Of a stretch of DNA of 58,412 nt, positions 26,711 through 35,609 are shown piece after piece. Source of the stretch: a virus (lineage: Duplodnaviria > Caudoviricetes). Each line of letters starts with the position of its first letter. Position 1 is the first letter of the stretch. The stretch is from the IMG/VR virus record IMGVR_UViG_3300042934_000302, positions 1 through 58,412 of that record. One strand, given 5' to 3'. The position numbers and the translations under genes were made by a program. The notes under the pieces are model-generated. The model ran no database searches. It was not told the origin of the DNA and saw nothing but the letters and a program-made list of their open reading frames with translations.

Positions 26711-28329
26711 TGCTATTTCGTCGGACGCTCAACGATCAAATCGATGATTTTTACGAACATACACGAGATTATCGTCTGTTTCAAACAGGCGCCGTTTATC
26801 CACCATTAGATGATCTTTCGCGAATTGCGAAATATCGTCGAGGCCGTGCAATATTCAAAGGTTATTATGATGGCCCGCAATATCTAGGACATCACCACAT
26901 ACTGGAACGTGCAGCACGGTTGCTAGGAGATACGCCGCTTGCACCACAGCTTAACTATCTATACATCACCGTTAATTTAATGGACATTCTGCTTACCAAG
27001 CCAGCCGATCTAATGGTCGGTGAACCACCGCAATACGAAAGCGGAAGCCAGGATGATTCGCCTGAGCAAAAATCGTTAAATCGTATTGTTGAGAATAACG
27101 ATTTGAACGTTGAAATTCACGAATCAGTAATTGGTGCTGGATATCGCGGTGATGCATGGTTTAAAACACGTTATGGATATTACGATGATTTTTCGGCGAT
27201 CCCTCTGGAAATGATACCGGACAATGCAGAAATGGGCCCGATTATCGAACATGTTCGCGCAGATTACGTTTTCCCTGAGACATCGCGTGGTAACGTGAAA
27301 AAATTCAAGGCAGTAAATATCGCGTGGGTTGAATGGGTGGAAACAGAAAATGATGAAAAGCCGTTTCTTAATGTTGAGCGTCATGTTCCTGGGTACATCA
27401 CATATGAACGATATGCACTGTATGATCCACAGATTAATCATGAATATGGTGTTCCTTTACAGGTGTTTACCATTGGTGAGCGGATACCTACTGGACGTGA
27501 TAATGATGTTGAGGAAACAGGCGTACCGATGATCCTCGTTGATCACGCGCCATATAAATCAGTAGATGATGAGTGGCAAGGTATCAGCGGCATAGAAAAG
27601 ATCGAATCCACACTTGCTGCGATTAATGATCGTTTGACGCAGATCGATTATATCTTGTGGAAACATAGCGATCCAACATTGTATGGCCCTGACTTAGACG
27701 AGTCAGCAGGATCAACAGCACGATTTGGTGGTCGATATATTCCACTAACGAAAGATGATGCAATTCCAGGTGCTATTACGTGGAATGGGCAGCTTGACGC
27801 GGCATTTAAGGAACTCGATCTGCTAATCGGCACCGTGTTTCAGATGTCAGAAACACCGCAATGGTTATTCGGTACATCAACATCATCGGATCATGGGGGT
27901 ACCGGTACATCACACACTGATAGCTCGTCAATTAAAGCACGGTTCATGCCGATTTTATCGAAAGTGAAGCGAATACGCATTCATTACGATAAAGCTATTC
28001 GGAATGCACTATGGAAAGCACAGCTACTCGAACTTGCAGCTAATAAGAGTATCGCAGGTTTTGATAAGTATACGCCTACTTATCCGACAATACAGTGGAA
28101 AGATGGAATTCCACGTGATGAGAAAGAACTTGCTGAAATCATGCAGATCAGAACAGGTGGAAAGCCAACTCTAGATCAACACTCGGCGATCAAGATCGAA
28201 TCCGAAGTGGACGATCAGCAGGCGGAAGAGATTATATCACGTATTCAGTCCGATGAAGAACGGATGAGTGGCACCGTGGACGCGTCGATCTTTCAGCAGC
28301 CAACCGACAGCGGAAGTGGTAGCGGATGA
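26710..28329 (+). CDS. Portal protein (SPP1 gp6-like)
   Basis: 539 aa after the terminase; IQWKDGIPRD C-terminal motif. Confidence 0.85.
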   Translation: MLFRRTLNDQIDDFYEHTRDYRLFQTGAVYPPLDDLSRIAKYRRGRAIFKGYYDGPQYLGHHHILERAARLLGDTPLAPQLNYLYITVNLMDILLTKPADLMVGEPPQYESGSQDDSPEQKSLNRIVENNDLNVEIHESVIGAGYRGDAWFKTRYGYYDDFSAIPLEMIPDNAEMGPIIEHVRADYVFPETSRGNVKKFKAVNIAWVEWVETENDEKPFLNVERHVPGYITYERYALYDPQINHEYGVPLQVFTIGERIPTGRDNDVEETGVPMILVDHAPYKSVDDEWQGISGIEKIESTLAAINDRLTQIDYILWKHSDPTLYGPDLDESAGSTARFGGRYIPLTKDDAIPGAITWNGQLDAAFKELDLLIGTVFQMSETPQWLFGTSTSSDHGGTGTSHTDSSSIKARFMPILSKVKRIRIHYDKAIRNALWKAQLLELAANKSIAGFDKYTPTYPTIQWKDGIPRDEKELAEIMQIRTGGKPTLDQHSAIKIESEVDDQQAEEIISRIQSDEERMSGTVDASIFQQPTDSGSGSG

Positions 28330-29162
28330 TGCCTAATGAGCCGGATTTCGATAAAGAGATCGCTAAATTAACGGCATTGTACGATAAATCAATCGGTGAT
28401 ATTCGTCGCGTCCTTGATAATATCGATTTATCACGGTTTACACCACGTCAGCAAGAGGCTATATTACGTAAGGTACACGATATATTGGTGCAACTAAACA
28501 ATGACTCATCGAAATGGATTTCCGACCACATGGCTGATGCTGCGATTGCTGGCGCGGTGCTGGCGATTATATCGTTAGGTGACGAAGTAACCAAAAAAGC
28601 AGCACTGGCAGCGATAAAATCAAAAAAAGTATCGGATGAACTTGTAAAAGCGGCAATATCTGATACACAGTCGGATCTGCTCGCGGTAACACAGAATGTT
28701 GAGCGTAAAGTACGATCATCTGTACGCCAAATGTATGCGGAAGTGCTGCGTGGTAATTTATCGCGAGGAGTAAATGGACGAAAGACGATGAATGCCGATG
28801 CGATTACGAGACTGCGTCAGCGACTTGGTGACTCGCTTAATTCGGGAATTATCGATGCATCGCACCGTCGATGGAAACCTAGTGTTTACGTAGACATGGC
28901 GACACGCACGAAAATGATGCGGCTGATGCTTGAAGCAACAGCAACTGAAGCTATTAGCCGTGACGTGCTATATGGAGTGATTAGTTCACACGGCGCAAAG
29001 GATCGGTGTGGGCCGTGGGAAGGTCGTATTGTTAAATTAACAGCCGATGCCCCCGGTGATTACCCGTTGCTCGATGATTTATACGGAGGTGGAAACGGTA
29101 TATTCCATCCAAACTGTAAACATACTGTATCAGCAATACGTGATCCAAGTAAATATATTTAA
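28326..29162 (+). CDS. Minor capsid protein
   Basis: DASHRRW...YVDMATRT, SSHGAKDRC, FHPNCKH. Confidence 0.85.
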   Translation: MMPNEPDFDKEIAKLTALYDKSIGDIRRVLDNIDLSRFTPRQQEAILRKVHDILVQLNNDSSKWISDHMADAAIAGAVLAIISLGDEVTKKAALAAIKSKKVSDELVKAAISDTQSDLLAVTQNVERKVRSSVRQMYAEVLRGNLSRGVNGRKTMNADAITRLRQRLGDSLNSGIIDASHRRWKPSVYVDMATRTKMMRLMLEATATEAISRDVLYGVISSHGAKDRCGPWEGRIVKLTADAPGDYPLLDDLYGGGNGIFHPNCKHTVSAIRDPSKYI

Positions 29163-29179
29163 GAAAGGAATGAGATTGT

Positions 29180-29755
29180 TTGGCGATTGATAATAAAATA
29201 AGTACACCGATTAGCGTTGATTCACGTGGTGTTTCTGCTGTAATTGATGAGGATATTGACGGGGTAAAGGCAATTCCACATGTACTAGTAACAAAAGATG
29301 AGAGCGGTAAATTTGTATATGCGTCATTAGGTGGTAGCAGTTCGGTAACTTCTGATGAAATCACGGATGCTACGGATGTAGGTAAAGCAGTAATTACCGC
29401 GGCAGATGCTAGTACAGCACGATCCGCAATAGGCGCTGGAACGGGAAATTCAAATCTAACACTAGGAACTACCGGAACAACGGCGCTAGCTGGAAATGGT
29501 ACAGCAGTAGCAGCGACAAAAATTGCAACAGCACGCTCGATTGCTCTTACGGGCCCGGTTACTGGATCAGTAAACTTCGATGGATCTGCCAATGTAAGTA
29601 TCCCAACAACATTAATTGCTGCATCAACAAGTACTGTAGGCGGTGTTAAACAAGCATCTGATCAAGCAAACTCTACAGCTCCTGATGTTGCAACATTAGT
29701 AACCGATTTTAATGCATTATTAGCAAAACTTAAAACAGCAGGAATCATGGCTTAA
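29180..29755 (+). CDS. Head fibre/decoration protein
   Basis: GGVKQA...LVTDFNALLAKLKTAGIMA head-fibre C-terminus; fibre repeat ATARSIALTG. Confidence 0.75.
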   Translation: MAIDNKISTPISVDSRGVSAVIDEDIDGVKAIPHVLVTKDESGKFVYASLGGSSSVTSDEITDATDVGKAVITAADASTARSAIGAGTGNSNLTLGTTGTTALAGNGTAVAATKIATARSIALTGPVTGSVNFDGSANVSIPTTLIAASTSTVGGVKQASDQANSTAPDVATLVTDFNALLAKLKTAGIMA

Positions 29756-29838
29756 TAGATTAATATGTCCGAACGTTAAGACGTAAAACTAAACGGAATT
29801 TAACGCGCGACGGCGCTTGATAAACGGAGGAATACGAA

Positions 29839-30501
29839 ATGAGCGAAGAAGTAAAAGATGAAACACCTACGGTTGAGGAACCGGAAAAGAAACCGACTGA
29901 TGATACGAAACAAGATGAAAAGACTTTTACGCAAGCGGATATTGATCGCATTCTTGCTGAACGAATCGCACGTGAGCATAAGAAGTTTTCTGATTACGAC
30001 GAATTGAAAACGAAAGTTAGCGACTTTGAAAAGCAAGCCGAAGAAAAACGAATTGCGGAACTTTCCGAGAAGGAAAAGGCCGAAGAACTTGCGAAGAAAG
30101 CGCAAGAAGAACGTGACTCATTAACGAAGGAAATCGAAACGATGAGGTCAGCGGTAAAAACCGAAAAGATTCGTAATGCGTTTATTACTTCCGCAACAAA
30201 AAATGGAATCGCGTATGTTGACGATGCTTATCAACTAGCAGATTTGTCTAGCGTAGAAGTTACAGAAGATGGATCGATTAACGGCATCGATGATGTAGTA
30301 AAATCACTAATCGAAACTAAACCCTATCTTTCTGCAAAAGAAAAACCGAGTCTAATCGGTAGTGCAACAAACGACAGCCATGATAAATCTGATAAGACCT
30401 CTGAGCAATTGCTCGCGAAAGCAAGTGAAAAGGCACGAAAGAGCGGTCGGATCGAGGATAAAATGGCATACGCACAATTGAAACGTGAACTTGGTAAGTA
30501 A
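29839..30501 (+). CDS. Capsid scaffolding protein
   Basis: KTFTQADIDRI motif, coiled coil, precedes the capsid gene. Confidence 0.85.
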   Translation: MSEEVKDETPTVEEPEKKPTDDTKQDEKTFTQADIDRILAERIAREHKKFSDYDELKTKVSDFEKQAEEKRIAELSEKEKAEELAKKAQEERDSLTKEIETMRSAVKTEKIRNAFITSATKNGIAYVDDAYQLADLSSVEVTEDGSINGIDDVVKSLIETKPYLSAKEKPSLIGSATNDSHDKSDKTSEQLLAKASEKARKSGRIEDKMAYAQLKRELGK

Positions 30502-30518
30502 CTAAATTCGAAAGCTCA

Positions 30519-30549
30519 AGGCGCTCACAAATAAGTGGGTGCTTTTTTG
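30519..30549 (+). terminator. Intrinsic terminator-like hairpin between scaffold and capsid genes
   Basis: aggcgctcac-aaataa-gtgggtgctttttt. Confidence 0.55.
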
Positions 30550-30580
30550 ATGCCCAAAATTACAAATTGGAGTGAAATTA

Positions 30581-31672
30581 ATGACTAAAGCATATGACGC
30601 TTCCCTAATTGGTAAGAAGCTGTCCGTAGTAGATGAAATGCTACTACTTAATCCTTATCAAACTCCGCTGATCAGCCTTTGCGGTTTCGGTCAACCCGTA
30701 ACTCAAACGACTCATCAGTGGTTCGAAGATGAACTTTTCGGAGATAAATCGACCGTAGCCGGTGCGAAACTAGCGTCTGACACATCAATTGTTATAGCAG
30801 ATGCCGAACCATTCCGTGTAGGTCACGTAATCAAAATTGGTGATGAGCTGCTGTATGTATCCACGGTTGATGCAGGTTCGAAAACGCTGACTGTAACTCG
30901 TGGATATGCAGGTACTACCCCGGCAGCTATTTCTGATGGCGCAAAAGTTGAAGTTCAGTTCGTTGAAGGTGTCGAAGGCGCAGACGCACGTGCTGCTCGT
31001 TACAAATCACGTACACCACATCAGAACTATACGCAAATTTTCGATGACTCTATCGAAGTTTCCGGTACTGCCGAAGCAGTACAACAGTACGGAGTTGCTG
31101 ATCTGTACGAATATGAAAAGCAGAAGAAGCAGACTGAACTCGCCCTGCAACTTGAAAAAGCATTGATTGGCGGCGTTGCGTTTAATAACGGTCAGGTTCG
31201 GCAAATGGCTGGTATCCGGTCACTCGTACAGACTAACGTTACTGACGCGGCAAATGCAGCAGCTAGTGCTAGCATTCTTAACGATTCTTTGCAGTCGATT
31301 TACGAAGCAGGCGGATTTCAGAGCGGTGGCGACTATCATATCCAAGTATCCCCGAAGCAGAAACGTGCGATTTCTAACTTTGACGATAATCATCTGTATG
31401 TTACTCGTGCTGATAATGCCCGCGGTCAGAAAGTAGACCAGTTCGTATCTGATTTCGGTCAATTCCCGATCTACTTGAACATTAACCTTGATCCAGACGA
31501 AATTATTATTTGCGATTGCAACCGTATGGCTATTCGCCCACTTATTGGCCGCGACTTCTTCCACAAGTACCTTGGTGAAAAAGGAGATAGCACAAACGGT
31601 ATTATTGTCGGCGAATACACACTAGAGCTGAAACAAGAAAAAGCATTCGCACGTATCAAGAACTTGGCATAA
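30581..31672 (+). CDS. Major capsid protein (SU10/DUF5309 type) with an inserted beta domain
   Basis: TPL..L, HQWFEDEL, NYTQIF, QLEKALI, RQMAGI, SDFG, GEYTLE. Confidence 0.88.
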   Translation: MTKAYDASLIGKKLSVVDEMLLLNPYQTPLISLCGFGQPVTQTTHQWFEDELFGDKSTVAGAKLASDTSIVIADAEPFRVGHVIKIGDELLYVSTVDAGSKTLTVTRGYAGTTPAAISDGAKVEVQFVEGVEGADARAARYKSRTPHQNYTQIFDDSIEVSGTAEAVQQYGVADLYEYEKQKKQTELALQLEKALIGGVAFNNGQVRQMAGIRSLVQTNVTDAANAAASASILNDSLQSIYEAGGFQSGGDYHIQVSPKQKRAISNFDDNHLYVTRADNARGQKVDQFVSDFGQFPIYLNINLDPDEIIICDCNRMAIRPLIGRDFFHKYLGEKGDSTNGIIVGEYTLELKQEKAFARIKNLA

Positions 31673-31685
31673 GGAGTGACGGTAC

Positions 31686-31865
31686 TTGGCAACGTTTAAG
31701 AGCCGATTTAAAGAACTCGCGTTTTACGTTGATGGTCAGTTGAAAAAGTTTCACGCCGGCCAATACGTAACGAAGAACGCAAAAGAAACGAAAATTGTCG
31801 ATGCACTGAAAGATACTGAGCGCGTTGATGAACCAGCGGAGCAGCCGAAAGCCTCCGCAAAATAA
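31686..31865 (+). CDS. Small head-associated protein (59 aa, MATFKSRFKELAFYVDG...)
   Basis: TTG start after aaggag; fills the gap after the capsid gene; below the track cutoff. Confidence 0.7.
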   Translation: MATFKSRFKELAFYVDGQLKKFHAGQYVTKNAKETKIVDALKDTERVDEPAEQPKASAK

Positions 31866-31882
31866 GCGGAGGTGAACGGTAA

Positions 31883-32281
31883 ATGGCCGTAAATATTACG
31901 GATGCTGATGCGTATATCGATGTAAACGTCATCGTATGCGAAGATTGGGACGATAGCGATGAATCGAGAAAAACACGATTGCTTAATAAAGCATCGAACG
32001 TGCTCGCAAACAAATATGTAGGCTATACGATTCCTGATTCGGCAGCATACGAATATGCAGCGTTTCTCGCGACAGTATTTAACGACACCAATAAGTACGC
32101 GCAACAGGGCGCACTCGGTTTTTCTGTATCAGGCGTAGTTTCCTTTTCATTCAAAGGAACGCAGATTAAGCCGTTCGACGATATTCCGAAAACTGTCGTG
32201 CAACTGATTAATGACGACGAATCAAATGCCGATTTACCATCATTATCATCTGGGCGCGGCGTAAAGTGGACGGTGCTGTGA
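31883..32281 (+). CDS. Head-tail adaptor
   Basis: ADAYI...W...K..LL..A pattern; synteny. Confidence 0.7.
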   Translation: MAVNITDADAYIDVNVIVCEDWDDSDESRKTRLLNKASNVLANKYVGYTIPDSAAYEYAAFLATVFNDTNKYAQQGALGFSVSGVVSFSFKGTQIKPFDDIPKTVVQLINDDESNADLPSLSSGRGVKWTVL

Positions 32282-32282
32282 T

Positions 32283-32621
32283 ATGGCGTTAATTCCGATG
32301 AAGCAGACAGTTACACGGATACGCACGACTGGTGACGAATGGAGCGGAACAACAACGACTGATCGAGCACCAATGAAATGCGCGGTTAATGAGGGCACAA
32401 AATTAGTGCGGTCAACAACTGGATCCACTGGTGCTCAGGGTATCATATCTAGCGAGGTTGTATCAAGTGCGCAAATTTATTTCGATAAACTCGTTGATGT
32501 TCAGCTCACGGACAAATTTGAGTATACAAACGAGCTCGGCATTAAACGGACATACACGCCGCTAACGATTGATGTTAAGCGGTTAGCCGGTAAACCGATA
32601 TTGACGGTGATTTCCGTATGA
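32283..32621 (+). CDS. Head closure protein
   Basis: Synteny and size. Confidence 0.6.
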   Translation: MALIPMKQTVTRIRTTGDEWSGTTTTDRAPMKCAVNEGTKLVRSTTGSTGAQGIISSEVVSSAQIYFDKLVDVQLTDKFEYTNELGIKRTYTPLTIDVKRLAGKPILTVISV

Positions 32622-33019
32622 GCGCGTCGATTGAGATTAATTCAGATAAATTGCGTTTGTTACTTGCTCAGTCACCACTATTCGCGGCTAAAGGTGCTAA
32701 ACAAGGGCTACACGAGTCGCTTGATGATTGGGTAAAAGAGTCACGAGATATTGCACCAATTGACAAAGGAACGTTGAGACGAGGCATTACGCCAGGTGAT
32801 ATTACAGGAGAAGGTCTCGATTTAAAAGCAACTATTGAATCAACAGCTAATGAAGGTGACTTTAACTACGCCTATTACATTCATGAGCTTGATGACGGCG
32901 GTAAAAATGTAAATGGAGAGAAAAAATATCTCGATGTATCGGCCGAAGAGAATCAAGAAAAGTGGATGAAGTGGGTTGAGGAATCAATGATCAAATCAAT
33001 GAAGGAGGCCGGCTGGTGA
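32618..33019 (+). CDS. HK97 gp10-like neck protein
   Basis: APIDKGTLRR, NYAYYIHE, KYL. Confidence 0.8.
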   Translation: MSASIEINSDKLRLLLAQSPLFAAKGAKQGLHESLDDWVKESRDIAPIDKGTLRRGITPGDITGEGLDLKATIESTANEGDFNYAYYIHELDDGGKNVNGEKKYLDVSAEENQEKWMKWVEESMIKSMKEAGW

Positions 33020-33465
33020 CAGTAATAAACGAAATGAACTCGATTTATGATTATATAAAGTCGATGTATCCGACATCAATAATAGCGAGACAAGACGTTC
33101 CATCGTCGCCAGTAGCCAGCACCTTTATTATTCGATCGCAATATAATCCTACTGGAGTAGAAACATCGGTAACAAATATTCATAGTCGCGAGTACCAGTT
33201 AATCTACTATGGTTCTAGTTCCGTAGATGTGCTAACGCAGTTTGACGCGATAGATCACGCTATACAAAATAGCCGAATGATGATCCCATTACGAAGCTCT
33301 TCCCGGTTTATCCGAGTGAAGGGCTTTTATTATGGAACCGTTTATACATCGGCGAGTGGTGTTCCTTATTCAATTGGCGTTCTACAAACGGAGACACGTG
33401 ACCTTATGGACATTCCGGAAACAGAAAAGATCATGGCCGTTAATACAACGGTTAATGGGGAGTGA
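33016..33465 (+). CDS. Tail terminator-like protein
   Basis: Synteny before the sheath gene. Confidence 0.6.
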   Translation: MTVINEMNSIYDYIKSMYPTSIIARQDVPSSPVASTFIIRSQYNPTGVETSVTNIHSREYQLIYYGSSSVDVLTQFDAIDHAIQNSRMMIPLRSSSRFIRVKGFYYGTVYTSASGVPYSIGVLQTETRDLMDIPETEKIMAVNTTVNGE

Positions 33466-33470
33466 AATAC

Positions 33471-34541
33471 ATGAGCTTTACTCAATGGGATCCGACGGCC
33501 TTGCCGGTTCGTCCGGGTCTCTATATTAATTTTGTTGAGGCAGCTATTGCACAGATCAGCGGAGGCGCGATGGGTATCGTTGCTATCCCGTTGAAAGCCC
33601 ATACTGGAGGAACAGCTACTGACAAAACATTTTATACGGTAACTAATGAGTCTGACGCTACTGAGTTATTTGGCGCTGATAATATCCAGTCGATTAAGTT
33701 TGCGTTGGCTGGCGGCGCGAGCGAAGTGCTTGTTTATACGTTGCCGGTAATCGATGGAACGACAGTTACTGAAGAAGCAGCGTACAGCGAAGCACGCAAC
33801 GAATTTGAAGCACGACCGTTTAACGTCTTTGTATTCGATGGTGAAGTTAGCGCTACACAGCAAACGGAAACGGCGGCTTGGCTGCAAACCAACATCACCG
33901 AAAAGAAAGAGTTTATGTTCGTTGCTGGCGGAAGCGCTGCGGATGATCTCGATCCATCTGTAGGAAATACACGATCTACGACGCTGGCCAACGATGCCGT
34001 TGTGAACTTGATATCCGGTGTAACGATTGAGGGCGTAGATTATTCAAGCAGCGATTATGCACCGTTTATCGCCGGTTTGGTCGCTGGCACGCCGATTAAC
34101 GCATCAATTACGTACGCAGTAGTTCCAGTCGATGATGTTACGAAACGGTTGAAGAATAGCGATATCGTTACGGCGTTGCAGGCAGGGTCGCTAGTGCTCG
34201 TAAATGATGGCGAAAAGGTAAAAGTCGAGCAAGGGCTTACGACTACGAAGAAAAAGATCCGCAGCATCCGCGCTCGCCATGCGATTGCCACAGCGATTGA
34301 TAAGACGGCTCGCGATAACTATATCGGCAAGCTAAATAACAATGCCGATGGTCAGGCCGCTTTGATTAGTGCGGTTAAGGCGTATCTCGAACAGTTGGAA
34401 AATAGCAACGTGCTTATTCTTCCAGACAACGCGGTAGGTCTTGATCCACAGCACGAAAGTAGCGGGGATACGGTATTTTTAGCGATTAATTATACCGAAG
34501 TTGACTCTATGGAGCACGTATTCTTAACGGTAAACGTCTAA
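33471..34541 (+). CDS. Contractile tail sheath protein (XkdK-like, short form)
   Basis: RPGLYINF, YIGKLNNNADG, DSMEHVFLTV. Confidence 0.9.
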   Translation: MSFTQWDPTALPVRPGLYINFVEAAIAQISGGAMGIVAIPLKAHTGGTATDKTFYTVTNESDATELFGADNIQSIKFALAGGASEVLVYTLPVIDGTTVTEEAAYSEARNEFEARPFNVFVFDGEVSATQQTETAAWLQTNITEKKEFMFVAGGSAADDLDPSVGNTRSTTLANDAVVNLISGVTIEGVDYSSSDYAPFIAGLVAGTPINASITYAVVPVDDVTKRLKNSDIVTALQAGSLVLVNDGEKVKVEQGLTTTKKKIRSIRARHAIATAIDKTARDNYIGKLNNNADGQAALISAVKAYLEQLENSNVLILPDNAVGLDPQHESSGDTVFLAINYTEVDSMEHVFLTVNV

Positions 34542-34563
34542 TAAAGGGGGGGGGTAATCGTGC

Positions 34564-35001
34564 ATGGTTATGGATGGAACGCGTGCTATTTACGGCTCTT
34601 ATGGTGAGCTATGGCAGGATGGTACGTGGCTGACAAACATTAATAAGGTGCAAGCCAGTGGAGAAATAAATAAAGAAGAAGTTCAACGAAGTGGTACACG
34701 AATTACGGCGCATAAAACAACTAGCGTAACATTCTCCGGAACAATGTCCGGATTGAAAATATCATCGGCGTTAGTAAAACAAATTGGTCAAGTCGGAACA
34801 GATCGTGGGGTTCCGTTTGTTACCGAACTAATCGCGAAATTGGACGACCCCGAATCATGGGGCGCTGAGCGTATTCGTATGAAAGGCGTTCAGTTCGATA
34901 AGATTGACCTCGTAAACTTCGAGGCAAACAAACTCGTCGAAACGGAGATCCCATTCACATTCAGCGGGTTCGATCTTCTCGATGAGATTAAAGAAAGTTA
35001 A
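34564..35001 (+). CDS. Tail tube protein (XkdM-like)
   Basis: GSYGELW, KLDDPE, GVQFD, EIPFTF. Confidence 0.9.
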   Translation: MVMDGTRAIYGSYGELWQDGTWLTNINKVQASGEINKEEVQRSGTRITAHKTTSVTFSGTMSGLKISSALVKQIGQVGTDRGVPFVTELIAKLDDPESWGAERIRMKGVQFDKIDLVNFEANKLVETEIPFTFSGFDLLDEIKES

Positions 35002-35058
35002 TCATGGCACCCATTGCGGGTGCTATTTATTTTGAAAATAACCGGGAGGTTTATATAA

Positions 35059-35433
35059 ATGGCTAAAAAAGATGCATTGTCAGCGTTTCTTAGCGCGGAC
35101 TTAGATGTAAAAGAAACGGTATACATTAAGCGGTTAGGCATTGATCTCGAAGTAAAGCCGATCACGGGTAAGACACTCAACCATCTTACCGAGCAGGCAA
35201 CGTTTGCTAATAAGGTTGACGGATTGAAACTAAACTGTCTTATGGTCGCGAATGCATGTACATCGTTGAACTTTGGCGATTCGAAAATGATCGAACATTA
35301 CGGCGCATCCGATCCGGTCGATTGCGTACAAAAAGCGTTATTTGCCGGTGAACTTACACAAATGGTTCAAACGATCCTAAAAGTTTCCGGATTTGAAAAT
35401 ATGGATGCTCAGGTACTCGCGGCAAAAAACTAA
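35059..35433 (+). CDS. Tail assembly chaperone (XkdN-like)
   Basis: LFAGE...SGF...AKN C-terminus. Confidence 0.85.
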   Translation: MAKKDALSAFLSADLDVKETVYIKRLGIDLEVKPITGKTLNHLTEQATFANKVDGLKLNCLMVANACTSLNFGDSKMIEHYGASDPVDCVQKALFAGELTQMVQTILKVSGFENMDAQVLAAKN

Positions 35434-35591
35434 TCAAGGCCGGTGGAGAAGCAACGTTAATCCACGCGATATTCCAACGGCACCATATTCCACCTGACGA
35501 GTTATACGCGAAGAATCAACGTATTCGCGCGTTTATGTATGCATCAATGGAGCTCGTGCTCGAAGCGGAAGAAAAAGAACGGAATAAATAA
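35424..35591 (+). CDS. -1 frameshift extension of the tail chaperone (KLIKAGGEATLIHAIFQRHHIPPDE...RAFMYASME...)
   Basis: Slippery A AAA AAC at 35424-35430 right before the stop; -1 frame open to TAA 35589-35591 with no start of its own. Confidence 0.85.
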   Translation, partial: KKLIKAGGEATLIHAIFQRHHIPPDELYAKNQRIRAFMYASMELVLEAEEKERNK

Positions 35592-35609
35592 AGAAAGGAG
35601 GAATGACCT

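Noticed and set aside
34545-34554. G homopolymer before the tail tube gene as a phase-variation tract
   Set aside because: It coincides with the RBS and length variation cannot be judged from one consensus sequence
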